Shown here in pieces: positions 9,785 to 16,360 of a stretch of 63,571 nucleotides of DNA (within the stretch, counting starts at the first letter, position 1; the number at the start of each line of letters is the position of its first letter). The translations under genes and the position numbers were made by a program. The stretch spans positions 1-63,571 of the IMG/VR virus record IMGVR_UViG_3300032214_000555; one strand, given 5' to 3'. A model generated the notes under the pieces. The model did no database searches. It saw nothing but the letters and a program-made list of their open reading frames with translations, and had not been told where the DNA came from. This DNA comes from a virus (Duplodnaviria; Caudoviricetes).

Positions 9785-10537
9785 ATGATAAAGTTAAAAG
9801 ACCTATTAAACCCATCAGTATTAAACGAAGGAGTTGATGACCCTGGTATCCTTAAATGCGTATTTTTGGCAGGAGGACCTGGTAGTGGTAAATCAAGAGT
9901 TGCGGGAGATTTGTTCGGTATTGGTAAAGGATTATCAAATGTATCATACACAGGCCTTAAATCTATTAATTCGGATACCGCATTTGAAGCGCAATTAAAA
10001 AAGAATGGTATTGACCCAAAGGATTTGGGTAAGATTGAAAAAGAAAATCCAGAATTATGGAATGCTATAACTGAAAAGCCAGGCTCACCAAGAGAAAGAG
10101 GTAAAGAAATAACCAATCAAATAAAAAGTTTCTATGAGGCAGGTAGATTGGGTATGATTATCGATGGAACTGGTGATGACACTGCTAAAATTAAAAGACA
10201 AAAAGAACACGCTGAATCATTAGGATACGATACTTATATGGTATTTGTAAATACATCATTAGAAGTTGCGCAAGCTAGAAACGCAAAACGGAGTAGAACA
10301 CTACCAGAAGATTTAGTAACTTCAATTTGGAAAGAATGTCAGCATAATTTAGGGGCATTTCAAACTATTTTTGGTGGTAGTTTCCGTATTATAGATAATA
10401 CCAATGATGGGGATAATCTTACACCAGAAATTAAAAAAGCAGTTGATGATTTTATTAAACAAAGATTATATAACCCAATTGGAATACAATGGGTAGCAAC
10501 TGCAAGAGCATTGAAGAACGCAAATTTAATTAAGTAA
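9785..10537 (+). CDS. P-loop kinase (AAA_33/zeta-toxin-like fold) with MIKL leader
   Basis: Walker A GGPGSGKS; IIDGTG; lid motif ARNAKRSR. Confidence 0.85.
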   Translation: MIKLKDLLNPSVLNEGVDDPGILKCVFLAGGPGSGKSRVAGDLFGIGKGLSNVSYTGLKSINSDTAFEAQLKKNGIDPKDLGKIEKENPELWNAITEKPGSPRERGKEITNQIKSFYEAGRLGMIIDGTGDDTAKIKRQKEHAESLGYDTYMVFVNTSLEVAQARNAKRSRTLPEDLVTSIWKECQHNLGAFQTIFGGSFRIIDNTNDGDNLTPEIKKAVDDFIKQRLYNPIGIQWVATARALKNANLIK

Positions 10538-11250
10538 TGATAAAGGCAGGTAGATACGAATTGGATGAAGCATCGATGGGTAGAATATACCAACACATCG
10601 TTTCTAATCCTAAAACAAATAGTTGGGCAGTAATTACCGCAAGTAGGGGAGAAAACTCTTCTGCTGAAAACGCAAAAAGAAACAAAGATTTAGAGAACGA
10701 TTTGCGTAATTTAGGACTTGGGTTTGTCCATGCAGATGGTATGTGGAGAGAGTGTAAAAACCAAAGTATTGAATATAAAGATTGTCCAGAAGAATTAAAA
10801 GTACCATCGGAAGAGAAAGTTTTATTCATACCAAACATACCAAAAGATAAAGCAGTAGAGCTTGGTAAGAAGTATCAACAAGATAGTGTTTTGTACGCAG
10901 ATGAAGAAACGAAAGCAAGAGGTGAAGCAACTTTTATAGATTCTAAATCAGGAGAAGAATTCAACATTGGTAAATTTACACCTGGCAAAGTAGCACAAGG
11001 TTATACAAAAATGAAAGGTGATAAAGTATTCACTTTTTTACAACCTGGTGAAAAAGGGGAAAAACCAAAAGAAACTCCAAAGAAAGATGATATGAAATTA
11101 AAATCGTTAATTCCGAAAGATATTCTTGATAAAACGGTTAAGAACCCGGAAACAGGAAATATGATTAAATTAAAAACTGCATTAAAGCACGATAAGAATT
11201 CACCTGTTTATAAAACTGCGGTTGTAATGGTTAAACAATCGAAAAAGTAA
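10537..11250 (+). CDS. Hypothetical protein (DUF3293-like)
   Basis: AVITASR..ENAKRN..LGKKYQQDSVL; internal MKLKSL/MIKLK motifs. Confidence 0.7.
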   Translation: MIKAGRYELDEASMGRIYQHIVSNPKTNSWAVITASRGENSSAENAKRNKDLENDLRNLGLGFVHADGMWRECKNQSIEYKDCPEELKVPSEEKVLFIPNIPKDKAVELGKKYQQDSVLYADEETKARGEATFIDSKSGEEFNIGKFTPGKVAQGYTKMKGDKVFTFLQPGEKGEKPKETPKKDDMKLKSLIPKDILDKTVKNPETGNMIKLKTALKHDKNSPVYKTAVVMVKQSKK

Positions 11251-11289
11251 AAAGTTATATATTTAATATTGACAACCAAATAAAATAAA

Positions 11290-11742
11290 ATGAAAAAAGT
11301 ATCGTTTATAGTGGCTTTGATACTCGGAATAAGTATCTCAGCAAGTGCGCAAGAGTGGTTTATAACCGCTACCCGTAGGGGTGGACCATCTGATGGATAT
11401 ATTACAGGTGGATTTATGAAAAAAGGATGGGGATTTTATGCAGGATTACCATACGATGAAGTTAAATCTGCAAATTCAAGTGGTATTGTGATTCCTCCGG
11501 GAGTTAATACATCTACTGGAACAATCTCTGAAAATATGAAGTTTGGTGTTTTACGTCAATTGAAAGAAGATAAAGCGGTTGTAGGATTTGGTATCCAACC
11601 AACACTTGGAGGTAACAAACCAAACGTATTTTTAATGTATAACCCATTAAGACCATCAAGTGTTTTAAACTTATGGACAGTTGGTAATTTAGTAGGTAGT
11701 GATTTTACATTAGGATTAGGAATTTCCTACAAAGTAAAATAA
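11290..11742 (+). CDS. Small outer-membrane beta-barrel-like protein
   Basis: Signal peptide ending ASAQ; C-terminal LGLGISYKVK beta-signal. Confidence 0.7.
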   Translation: MKKVSFIVALILGISISASAQEWFITATRRGGPSDGYITGGFMKKGWGFYAGLPYDEVKSANSSGIVIPPGVNTSTGTISENMKFGVLRQLKEDKAVVGFGIQPTLGGNKPNVFLMYNPLRPSSVLNLWTVGNLVGSDFTLGLGISYKVK

Positions 11743-12098
11743 GGGGATGACTGGATTTTGACAGGAATCTTAATAAGTATAGTTGATGCAAGCAAGGTTA
11801 GATGGAAACCTTAAACCTATCACAGAGTAAAAGGCGAATATAATTACGCAATAGCTGCCTAATCCCAAAGGGAAAAGCGGTAACGGGGTTGAGAGGAGTG
11901 CCTAGGAACAGAATCCTCTCAAATTATTAAGGTCTCGTTGGAGGTGCTACCTATTAAAGTGAATCTCCCACATTTGAGAGTGGCAATGGCAAAATAGAAA
12001 CTCTATATTTTTTCAGTTTAGAAAAATTGAATAAGCTTGTGAATGAAACGTATTGGTTAATTCTTTGGACGTGGGTTCGAATCCCACCATCTCCACCA
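11743..12098 (+). ncRNA. ssrA: tmRNA
   Basis: GGGGATG/CATCTCC-ACCA acceptor with G3:U; T-arm GTGGGTTCGAATCCCAC; tag ORF 11833-11862 GEYNYAIAA*. Confidence 0.95.
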
Positions 12099-12114
12099 AA
12101 AAAATATTAGAAAA

Positions 12115-12150
12115 GACTTGACATTGTTAAAAACTTTTCGTATATTTGTA
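12115..12150 (+). promoter_or_regulatory. Bacteroidetes-type promoter
   Basis: GACTTG...CGTATATTTG (TAnnTTTG -7 element). Confidence 0.8.
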
Positions 12151-12161
12151 TCATAATAAAT

Positions 12162-12236
12162 CGCGGGGAGGATGTTGGTTTCCCACCGGTCTCATAAGCC
12201 AGGTCTACGATAGTTCGATTCTGTCTCCCGCAACCA
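12162..12236 (+). tRNA. trnM: tRNA-Met(CAT), initiator-like
   Basis: C1:A72 mismatch, CAT anticodon, encoded CCA; atypical D arm. Confidence 0.8.
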
Positions 12237-12254
12237 AAAAAGTTTTTTAAAAAA

Positions 12255-12290
12255 GACTTGGATATATGAAAAAAGTTTCGTATATTTGTA
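12255..12290 (+). promoter_or_regulatory. Bacteroidetes-type promoter
   Basis: GACTTG...CGTATATTTG. Confidence 0.8.
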
Positions 12291-12296
12291 AAACCT

Positions 12297-12393
12297 TTAA
12301 GAGTAAGTGTTGAAGCCAACATCTAATAAAACCGAATGTGTGACCACTTCCCAAATGTGGGGGGTTAATAAAGCCGGATACACTCACTCTTAA
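12297..12393 (+). ncRNA. Unidentified ~97-nt structured RNA
   Basis: Own promoter; closing stem TTAAGAGTAAGTGT/ACACTCACTCTTAA; no ORF. Confidence 0.6.
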
Positions 12394-12419
12394 AAAAAAT
12401 TAAAAAGTTTTTGTAAAAA

Positions 12420-12455
12420 GACTTGTAAATACGAAAAAAGTTTCGTATATTTGTA
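12420..12455 (+). promoter_or_regulatory. Bacteroidetes-type promoter
   Basis: GACTTG...CGTATATTTG. Confidence 0.8.
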
Positions 12456-12529
12456 TTAAGAATTTGAAACCAATAGGTGATGAAAGATACTCGGTAATTC
12501 AGATTTAAAACGTTCTTTAAAATATAAGC

Positions 12530-13362
12530 ACATAGTAGACTTGTTCTACATAGTGTACATCGGCAGCATATGGTCGTTAAATAAACTACGAAAGTAGGAT
12601 AAAGTGAAGTGTTTGGTTAAACACTTTGCGGCTTCGCAAGGAGCTCGGGTATGCAAGTGGAATATCATTAGACCTGTGTAGTGAGGGTAACTCCGTAGCG
12701 AAATGGTTAGATGACTGGGCTAAGTAGAAGTTCAGTTGAGGTAGGAATACCGATAAGAATAATCCATAGAATTATTGCAAGAAGTGAGAACTTAATCTCT
12801 TCTCATCATTGCGAAATTCAATATTAAAGGTTGCTTAAAACCGAAAGGTATGATGAAGTACGAGTGGTGTCGTTATCATCCTTACCTACATCTCACCAAA
12901 GAGTGGGTAGTGAAGTAATCTTAAAATATGGTGTTAGAGATAACACATCGAGTAGTTCAGTATTCTGTTGTTCAAAAGATAACGGAGCAGGTTGGTGAAC
13001 CACTACTTGAAAACATCTACAAACCAAAACTCAATTTGCAAATGACGTGCAAACTCAAAAACAAAAAGAGCAAAAGTGTTCACCAGTTACGGATGAAAGG
13101 TGCGTACATAGTAGGGAGTTGTTCCCTGCCACGATACCTCCGCAAGAGGTCTGTGATTCTTTCTAAAAGCTTCTAACATCGCGAGGTGCTAATCTGTTCG
13201 CAAAATAGAAGAAGTAGAGTAAAAAGAGAGTAGTTCGTAACTCAAAGATTGGTTAATCTATAATAACCCGCATTGAATCGTTACTATCCAAAAGATGGTG
13301 GAAAAGTTGGGAAACAATAATCCAACAAAAGATGGTTCGTTTTATGGAGTATTCTCATCCGT
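12530..13362 (+). ncRNA. Large ornate ncRNA, GOLLD-like (boundaries approximate)
   Basis: ~830 nt non-coding, GC-richer, many GNRA-capped hairpins (CTAC-GAAA-GTAG, GCTTC-GCAA-GGAGC, ACC-GAAA-GGT, CATC-GCGA-GGTG); tRNA-array context and size typical of GOLLD. Confidence 0.65.
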
Positions 13363-13408
13363 ATCTTATCTAAATGGTTAAAGTTGGTTCGATTCCGATA
13401 TAGATAAC

Positions 13409-13598
13409 TTCGTAGTGATTTTATAACAATAAAGTGCCTGAGCGGCAGAATTGATTTTTTCACTTAAACTAAAAATCGAATAACGGATAGCTTGGTTTTC
13501 AGTAGGGGATTTTCGCCTTAAACAATCTCAACAACGCGAATTTAGTTGATGGTAAATACGGAATGTAGCTAGTTCCATAGAAAGAACCACCCTACGAA
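13409..13598 (+). ncRNA. Unidentified ~190-nt structured RNA
   Basis: Closing stem TTCGTAG/CTACGAA, internal hairpins, complementary loops TTCGC/GCGAA. Confidence 0.5.
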
Positions 13599-13656
13599 TC
13601 TTTCATTTTTAGCTGAAAATAAAAAAATTACATATATATTATTAAATAACAAAGAA

Positions 13657-13788
13657 ATGAAAACTCTTAACCTACATACGATTAGTTATCAACCGATGCC
13701 AACTTTGGCGTGGGGTGGCACAAACGTGTGTGATTTTAATTCGAAGAGAATTGAAATGCAGTTAGGGGCAGATATAATTTTAGGATAA
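13657..13788 (+). CDS. Leader peptide, 43 aa, containing all 20 amino acids (MKTLNLHTISYQPMPTLAWGGTNVCDFNSKRIEMQLGADIILG)
   Basis: A-rich initiation context; 35 different codons; carries the antiterminator strand AGTTAGGGG (13760-13768). Confidence 0.8.
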   Translation: MKTLNLHTISYQPMPTLAWGGTNVCDFNSKRIEMQLGADIILG

Positions 13789-13809
13789 AAGACTAAAATA
13801 TAATAGTGT

Positions 13810-13847
13810 AACAAACCCCTAACTTAATCAGTTAGGGGTTTTTTGTT
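13810..13847 (+). terminator. Attenuator terminator upstream of the tRNA array
   Basis: AAACCCCTAACT-TAATC-AGTTAGGGGTTT followed by a T tract. Confidence 0.9.
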
Positions 13848-13851
13848 GTTA

Positions 13852-13923
13852 GGGGTGGTAGCTCAGAGGCAGAGCAATTGACTGTTAATCAATAGGTCGA
13901 GATTTCGAAATTCTCCCTCCCCT
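13852..13923 (+). tRNA. trnN: tRNA-Asn(GTT)
   Basis: Cloverleaf; ATTGA-CT-GTT-AA-TCAAT. Confidence 0.85.
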
Positions 13924-13930
13924 CAGTAGA

Positions 13931-13942
13931 GTTCTTTGACAT
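13931..13942 (+). promoter_or_regulatory. boxA-like antitermination element
   Basis: GTTCTTTGACAT; related copies at 12512 and 15803. Confidence 0.55.
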
Positions 13943-14014
13943 GCAGGTATAGCACAACGGTTAGTGCTCTGGTCTTCCAAACCGGAGATTTCGGTTCGAA
14001 TCCGAATACCTGCT
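13943..14014 (+). tRNA. trnG: tRNA-Gly(TCC)
   Basis: Cloverleaf; CTGGT-CT-TCC-AA-ACCGG. Confidence 0.92.
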
Positions 14015-14019
14015 CATAT

Positions 14020-14091
14020 TGCCCGATGGTGTAATGGTTAGCATCACAGATTTTGATTCTGTTAGTTCTGGTTCGAGTCCAGGTCGGGTAA
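14020..14091 (+). tRNA. trnQ: tRNA-Gln(TTG)
   Basis: Cloverleaf; ACAGA-TT-TTG-AT-TCTGT. Confidence 0.92.
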
Positions 14092-14097
14092 CATTAT

Positions 14098-14171
14098 AGA
14101 AGATTAGCTCAGTTGGTTAGAGCATTTGGTTTACATCCAAAGGGTCATAGGTTCGAATCCTATATCTTCTA
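14098..14171 (+). tRNA. trnV: tRNA-Val(TAC)
   Basis: Cloverleaf; TTTGG-TT-TAC-AT-CCAAA. Confidence 0.92.
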
Positions 14172-14176
14172 CAATT

Positions 14177-14260
14177 GGGAGTAATGCACGAATTGGTTAG
14201 GCGCTAGACTGTAAATCTGGTAACCCGCATGGGTAGGTGGTTCGAATCCATCTGCTCCCA
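14177..14260 (+). tRNA. trnY: tRNA-Tyr(GTA)
   Basis: Long variable arm; CTAGA-CT-GTA-AA-TCTGG. Confidence 0.88.
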
Positions 14261-14265
14261 CAATT

Positions 14266-14339
14266 GGAACTTTGGTATAGCTGGTGCGTACGTTGGTCTG
14301 AAAAATCAAAGGAGTGTGATTCGATTTCCACAGGTTCCG
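14266..14339 (+). tRNA. trnF: tRNA-Phe(GAA)
   Basis: TTGGT-CT-GAA-AA-ATCAA; irregular T arm. Confidence 0.8.
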
Positions 14340-14369
14340 CATTTTTTAACAATTTAAACAATTTATATT

Positions 14370-14408
14370 ATGGAAAGTGACAAGTATGATAAACAAAAGA
14401 CTTCGTAG
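14370..14408 (+). CDS. Mini-ORF MESDKYDKQKTS overlapping tRNA-Lys
   Basis: AT-rich initiation region; stop codon lies inside the tRNA 5' end. Confidence 0.35.
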   Translation: MESDKYDKQKTS

Positions 14409-14472
14409 CTCAGTTGGTTAGAGCACCTCACTTTTAATGAGGGAGTCGTGAGTTCGAGTCTCACCGGGGTCA
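14399..14472 (+). tRNA. trnK: tRNA-Lys(TTT)
   Basis: Cloverleaf; CCTCA-CT-TTT-AA-TGAGG. Confidence 0.93.
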
Positions 14473-14478
14473 CAACAC

Positions 14479-14554
14479 AGGGTAGTAGAGGAGTTAGGTT
14501 TATCTCGCTTCGTTTGGGACGAAGAGCACGCAGGTTCGAATCCTGCTTACCCTA
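14479..14554 (+). tRNA. trnP: tRNA-Pro(TGG)
   Basis: Cloverleaf; CTTCG-TT-TGG-GA-CGAAG. Confidence 0.9.
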
Positions 14555-14559
14555 CACAT

Positions 14560-14633
14560 AGGAATATAGCTCAACTGGTTAGAGCATCTGTCTGATACGC
14601 AGAAGGTTGTAGATTCGAGTTCTACTATTCCTA
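14560..14633 (+). tRNA. trnI: tRNA-Ile(GAT)
   Basis: Cloverleaf; TCTGT-CT-GAT-AC-GCAGA. Confidence 0.92.
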
Positions 14634-14634
14634 C

Positions 14635-14708
14635 AATACGAATCATCCCCGTTCCAGACGTGAAAACAATGTGGTTAGAATCCACTACGGGGACAATGTT
14701 CGTATTAA
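14635..14708 (+). ncRNA. tRNA-like mini-module (T arm plus stems, no anticodon arm)
   Basis: ATACGAA/TTCGTAT and TCCCCGT/ACGGGGA stems enclosing GTGG-TTAGAAT-CCAC. Confidence 0.45.
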
Positions 14709-14710
14709 TT

Positions 14711-14781
14711 ATCTCTTTGGTGCAATGGTAGCATATCGGTCTCCAAAACCGCAGATGAAAGTTCGAATCTTTCAGGGGGTG
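14711..14781 (+). tRNA. trnW: tRNA-Trp(CCA)
   Basis: Cloverleaf; CGGT-CT-CCA-AA-ACCG. Confidence 0.88.
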
Positions 14782-14787
14782 CATAAT

Positions 14788-14860
14788 AGTTCTATGGTGT
14801 AATTGGATAGCACCTTTCACTACGGATGAAAAAGTTAGGGTTCGAGTCCTTATGGAACTA
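14788..14860 (+). tRNA. trnR: tRNA-Arg(ACG)
   Basis: Cloverleaf; TTTCA-CT-ACG-GA-TGAAA. Confidence 0.92.
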
Positions 14861-14868
14861 CATTAAAT

Positions 14869-14941
14869 GTCAGGTTGACCGAGTTGGTTTAGGTGCTGGT
14901 CTGCAAAACCAGTTACATAGGTTCGAATCCTATACTTGACT
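14869..14941 (+). tRNA. trnC: tRNA-Cys(GCA)
   Basis: Cloverleaf; CTGGT-CT-GCA-AA-ACCAG; U73. Confidence 0.92.
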
Positions 14942-14946
14942 CAGAT

Positions 14947-15020
14947 TGCGAAATGGTAGAGTTGGTTTCATACGGTGCTCTCATAAGGCATAGACTTAGG
15001 TTCGAATCCTAATTTCGCAA
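14947..15020 (+). tRNA. trnM: tRNA-Met(CAT), elongator-like
   Basis: Cloverleaf; GTGCT-CT-CAT-AA-GGCAT. Confidence 0.85.
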
Positions 15021-15025
15021 CATAT

Positions 15026-15102
15026 GGTGTTTATAGTGTTAGTGGTTAGCACGTCAGTTTGTGGTACTGATAGCATGGGTTCGAATCCCATTAATCACCC
15101 CA
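15026..15102 (+). tRNA. trnH: tRNA-His(GTG)
   Basis: G-1:C73, encoded CCA; TCAGT-TT-GTG-GT-ACTGA. Confidence 0.92.
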
Positions 15103-15104
15103 AT

Positions 15105-15194
15105 AGAGAGTTACCCAAGTTGGTGAAGGGGTCTGTTTGCTAAACAGATAGGTCGGGTTATACCGGCGCAAGGGTTCGAGCCCCTTACTCTCTA
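15105..15194 (+). tRNA. trnS: tRNA-Ser(GCT)
   Basis: Long variable arm; TCTGT-TT-GCT-AA-ACAGA. Confidence 0.92.
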
Positions 15195-15202
15195 CTGAAT
15201 AT

Positions 15203-15275
15203 GTCCGTATGGTGGAATGGAAGACACGGTGGTCTTAGAAACCACTTTTTGCAGGTTCGAGTCCTGCTATGGATA
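15203..15275 (+). tRNA. trnL: tRNA-Leu(TAG), short variable region
   Basis: GTGGT-CT-TAG-AA-ACCAC; Leu-type D arm; only 5 nt of variable region. Confidence 0.85.
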
Positions 15276-15291
15276 CTTAAATTTGAATACT

Positions 15292-15747
15292 ATGGTTTAC
15301 AAAAGATTAAGTGATGGGAGTAAAGTTCAGTTAGATGAGTATATCAAAGAATATATGACTCAATTCGAAGATGTGGATATACTTATAGGTTGTGATTCAC
15401 AGAACTTTGCAAGAGGAACTGTATATGCGATTGTAGTTGCATTATACAGACCAGGTAAAGGTGCTCACGTTCTATTTAACAGATGGACTGCACCAAAAGA
15501 ATACACTCGTTCTATCAGATTGTTAAACGAAGTATGGTATGCAATTGAAGTTGCTGAAAAGTTAAGAGAAGCAGATGTTCCAAAAGTAAAATGGATTGAT
15601 GTGGATTTGAACCCAGACCCAAGATACAAATCTAATGAGGTGTTCAGACAAGCAGTTGGTATGGTTGAAGGAATGGGTTATCAGGTAAGATACAAAACAT
15701 TAGGTCCTATTGCAACTTATGCAGCAGACCATTTAGTAAGGGTGTAA
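15292..15747 (+). CDS. RNase H-like YkuK (DUF458) family protein
   Basis: IGCDSQ, RLLNEV, DVDLN, YAADH motifs; start moved downstream of tRNA-Leu. Confidence 0.85.
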   Translation: MVYKRLSDGSKVQLDEYIKEYMTQFEDVDILIGCDSQNFARGTVYAIVVALYRPGKGAHVLFNRWTAPKEYTRSIRLLNEVWYAIEVAEKLREADVPKVKWIDVDLNPDPRYKSNEVFRQAVGMVEGMGYQVRYKTLGPIATYAADHLVRV

Positions 15748-15763
15748 AATAAAATTGAGAAAA

Positions 15764-15799
15764 GACTTGATTTTATCAAATAGTTTTCGTATATTTGTA
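15764..15799 (+). promoter_or_regulatory. Bacteroidetes-type promoter for the second tRNA block
   Basis: GACTTG...CGTATATTTG followed by boxA-like GTTCATTGAAAT. Confidence 0.8.
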
Positions 15800-15829
15800 A
15801 AAGTTCATTGAAATAGTGGTGATTAAATT

Positions 15830-15903
15830 GCTCCGTTCGTCTAATTGGTTAGGACATCCGCCTTTCACGTGGAAGCTTACGGGTTCGAGTCCCGTACGGA
15901 GTA
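15830..15903 (+). tRNA. trnE: tRNA-Glu(TTC)
   Basis: Cloverleaf; TCCGC-CT-TTC-AC-GTGGA. Confidence 0.93.
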
Positions 15904-15905
15904 CA

Positions 15906-16094
15906 ATGTATCAAATGTGCAGTGAAAATTGATGTAGGCATACATTGATGAGGTGGGTTCGAATCCCAACTTACTAATACCCTTCAAACCAGGTGGGAGC
16001 CAAGTAACTGAAAACACATTATAGCCAGTTGGGTTGTGCACCTCGTCCGAGAAACCCTAATAGTTCCTAATAGGTTGGTATGGAACTGATACAT
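15906..16094 (+). ncRNA. Unidentified ~190-nt structured RNA with T-loop
   Basis: Closing stem ATGTATCA/TGATACAT; internal GGGTTCGAATCCC; several hairpins. Confidence 0.6.
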
Positions 16095-16098
16095 ATTT

Positions 16099-16171
16099 GC
16101 TTTCGTAGCACAATTGGTAGTGCAGCTGATTTGTAATCAGCAGGTTGTAGGTTCGAGTCCTATCGAAAGCT
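16099..16171 (+). tRNA. trnT: tRNA-Thr(TGT)
   Basis: Cloverleaf; GCTGA-TT-TGT-AA-TCAGC. Confidence 0.93.
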
Positions 16172-16172
16172 C

Positions 16173-16355
16173 AAAACAAATGACGACTGAGGAGAAACCC
16201 CTCGGTATATGAAATCCAAAATGGTCCTGTTGAAACCGGAATAGTCATACAGGTCAGGAGAGAGTTACTATAAGCAGGGAGTAATTAACCCGAAGCGAAA
16301 ATGTAACCACCAGTAATGGTCATGATGTGTAGAAGGGACACAAAAAGTTTGTTTT
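16173..16355 (+). ncRNA. Unidentified ~180-nt structured RNA
   Basis: Closing stem AAAACAAA/TTTGTTTT; hairpins ACTGAGG/CCTCGGT, GTTAC/GTAAC, TGTGT/ACACA; CCTGT/ACAGG pseudoknot potential. Confidence 0.55.
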
Positions 16356-16360
16356 AATTT

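Noticed and set aside
9785-10537. Zeta toxin-antitoxin system
   Set aside because: Only the kinase fold is evident; no antitoxin, and the context is the MIKL block
12928-13176. 82-aa ORF
   Set aside because: Lies within the structured GOLLD-like RNA; no protein features
14500-14820. Minus-strand ORF (also 12107-12322, 17669-17866)
   Set aside because: Antisense shadow of tRNA/ncRNA genes
15217-15291. Longer N-terminus of the YkuK ORF (likewise 18771-18851)
   Set aside because: Overlaps an RNA gene; the downstream ATG has proper context
16173-16355. RNase P RNA or SRP RNA
   Set aside because: Lacks the GAGGAAAGUCC/P4 and SRP domain IV motifs
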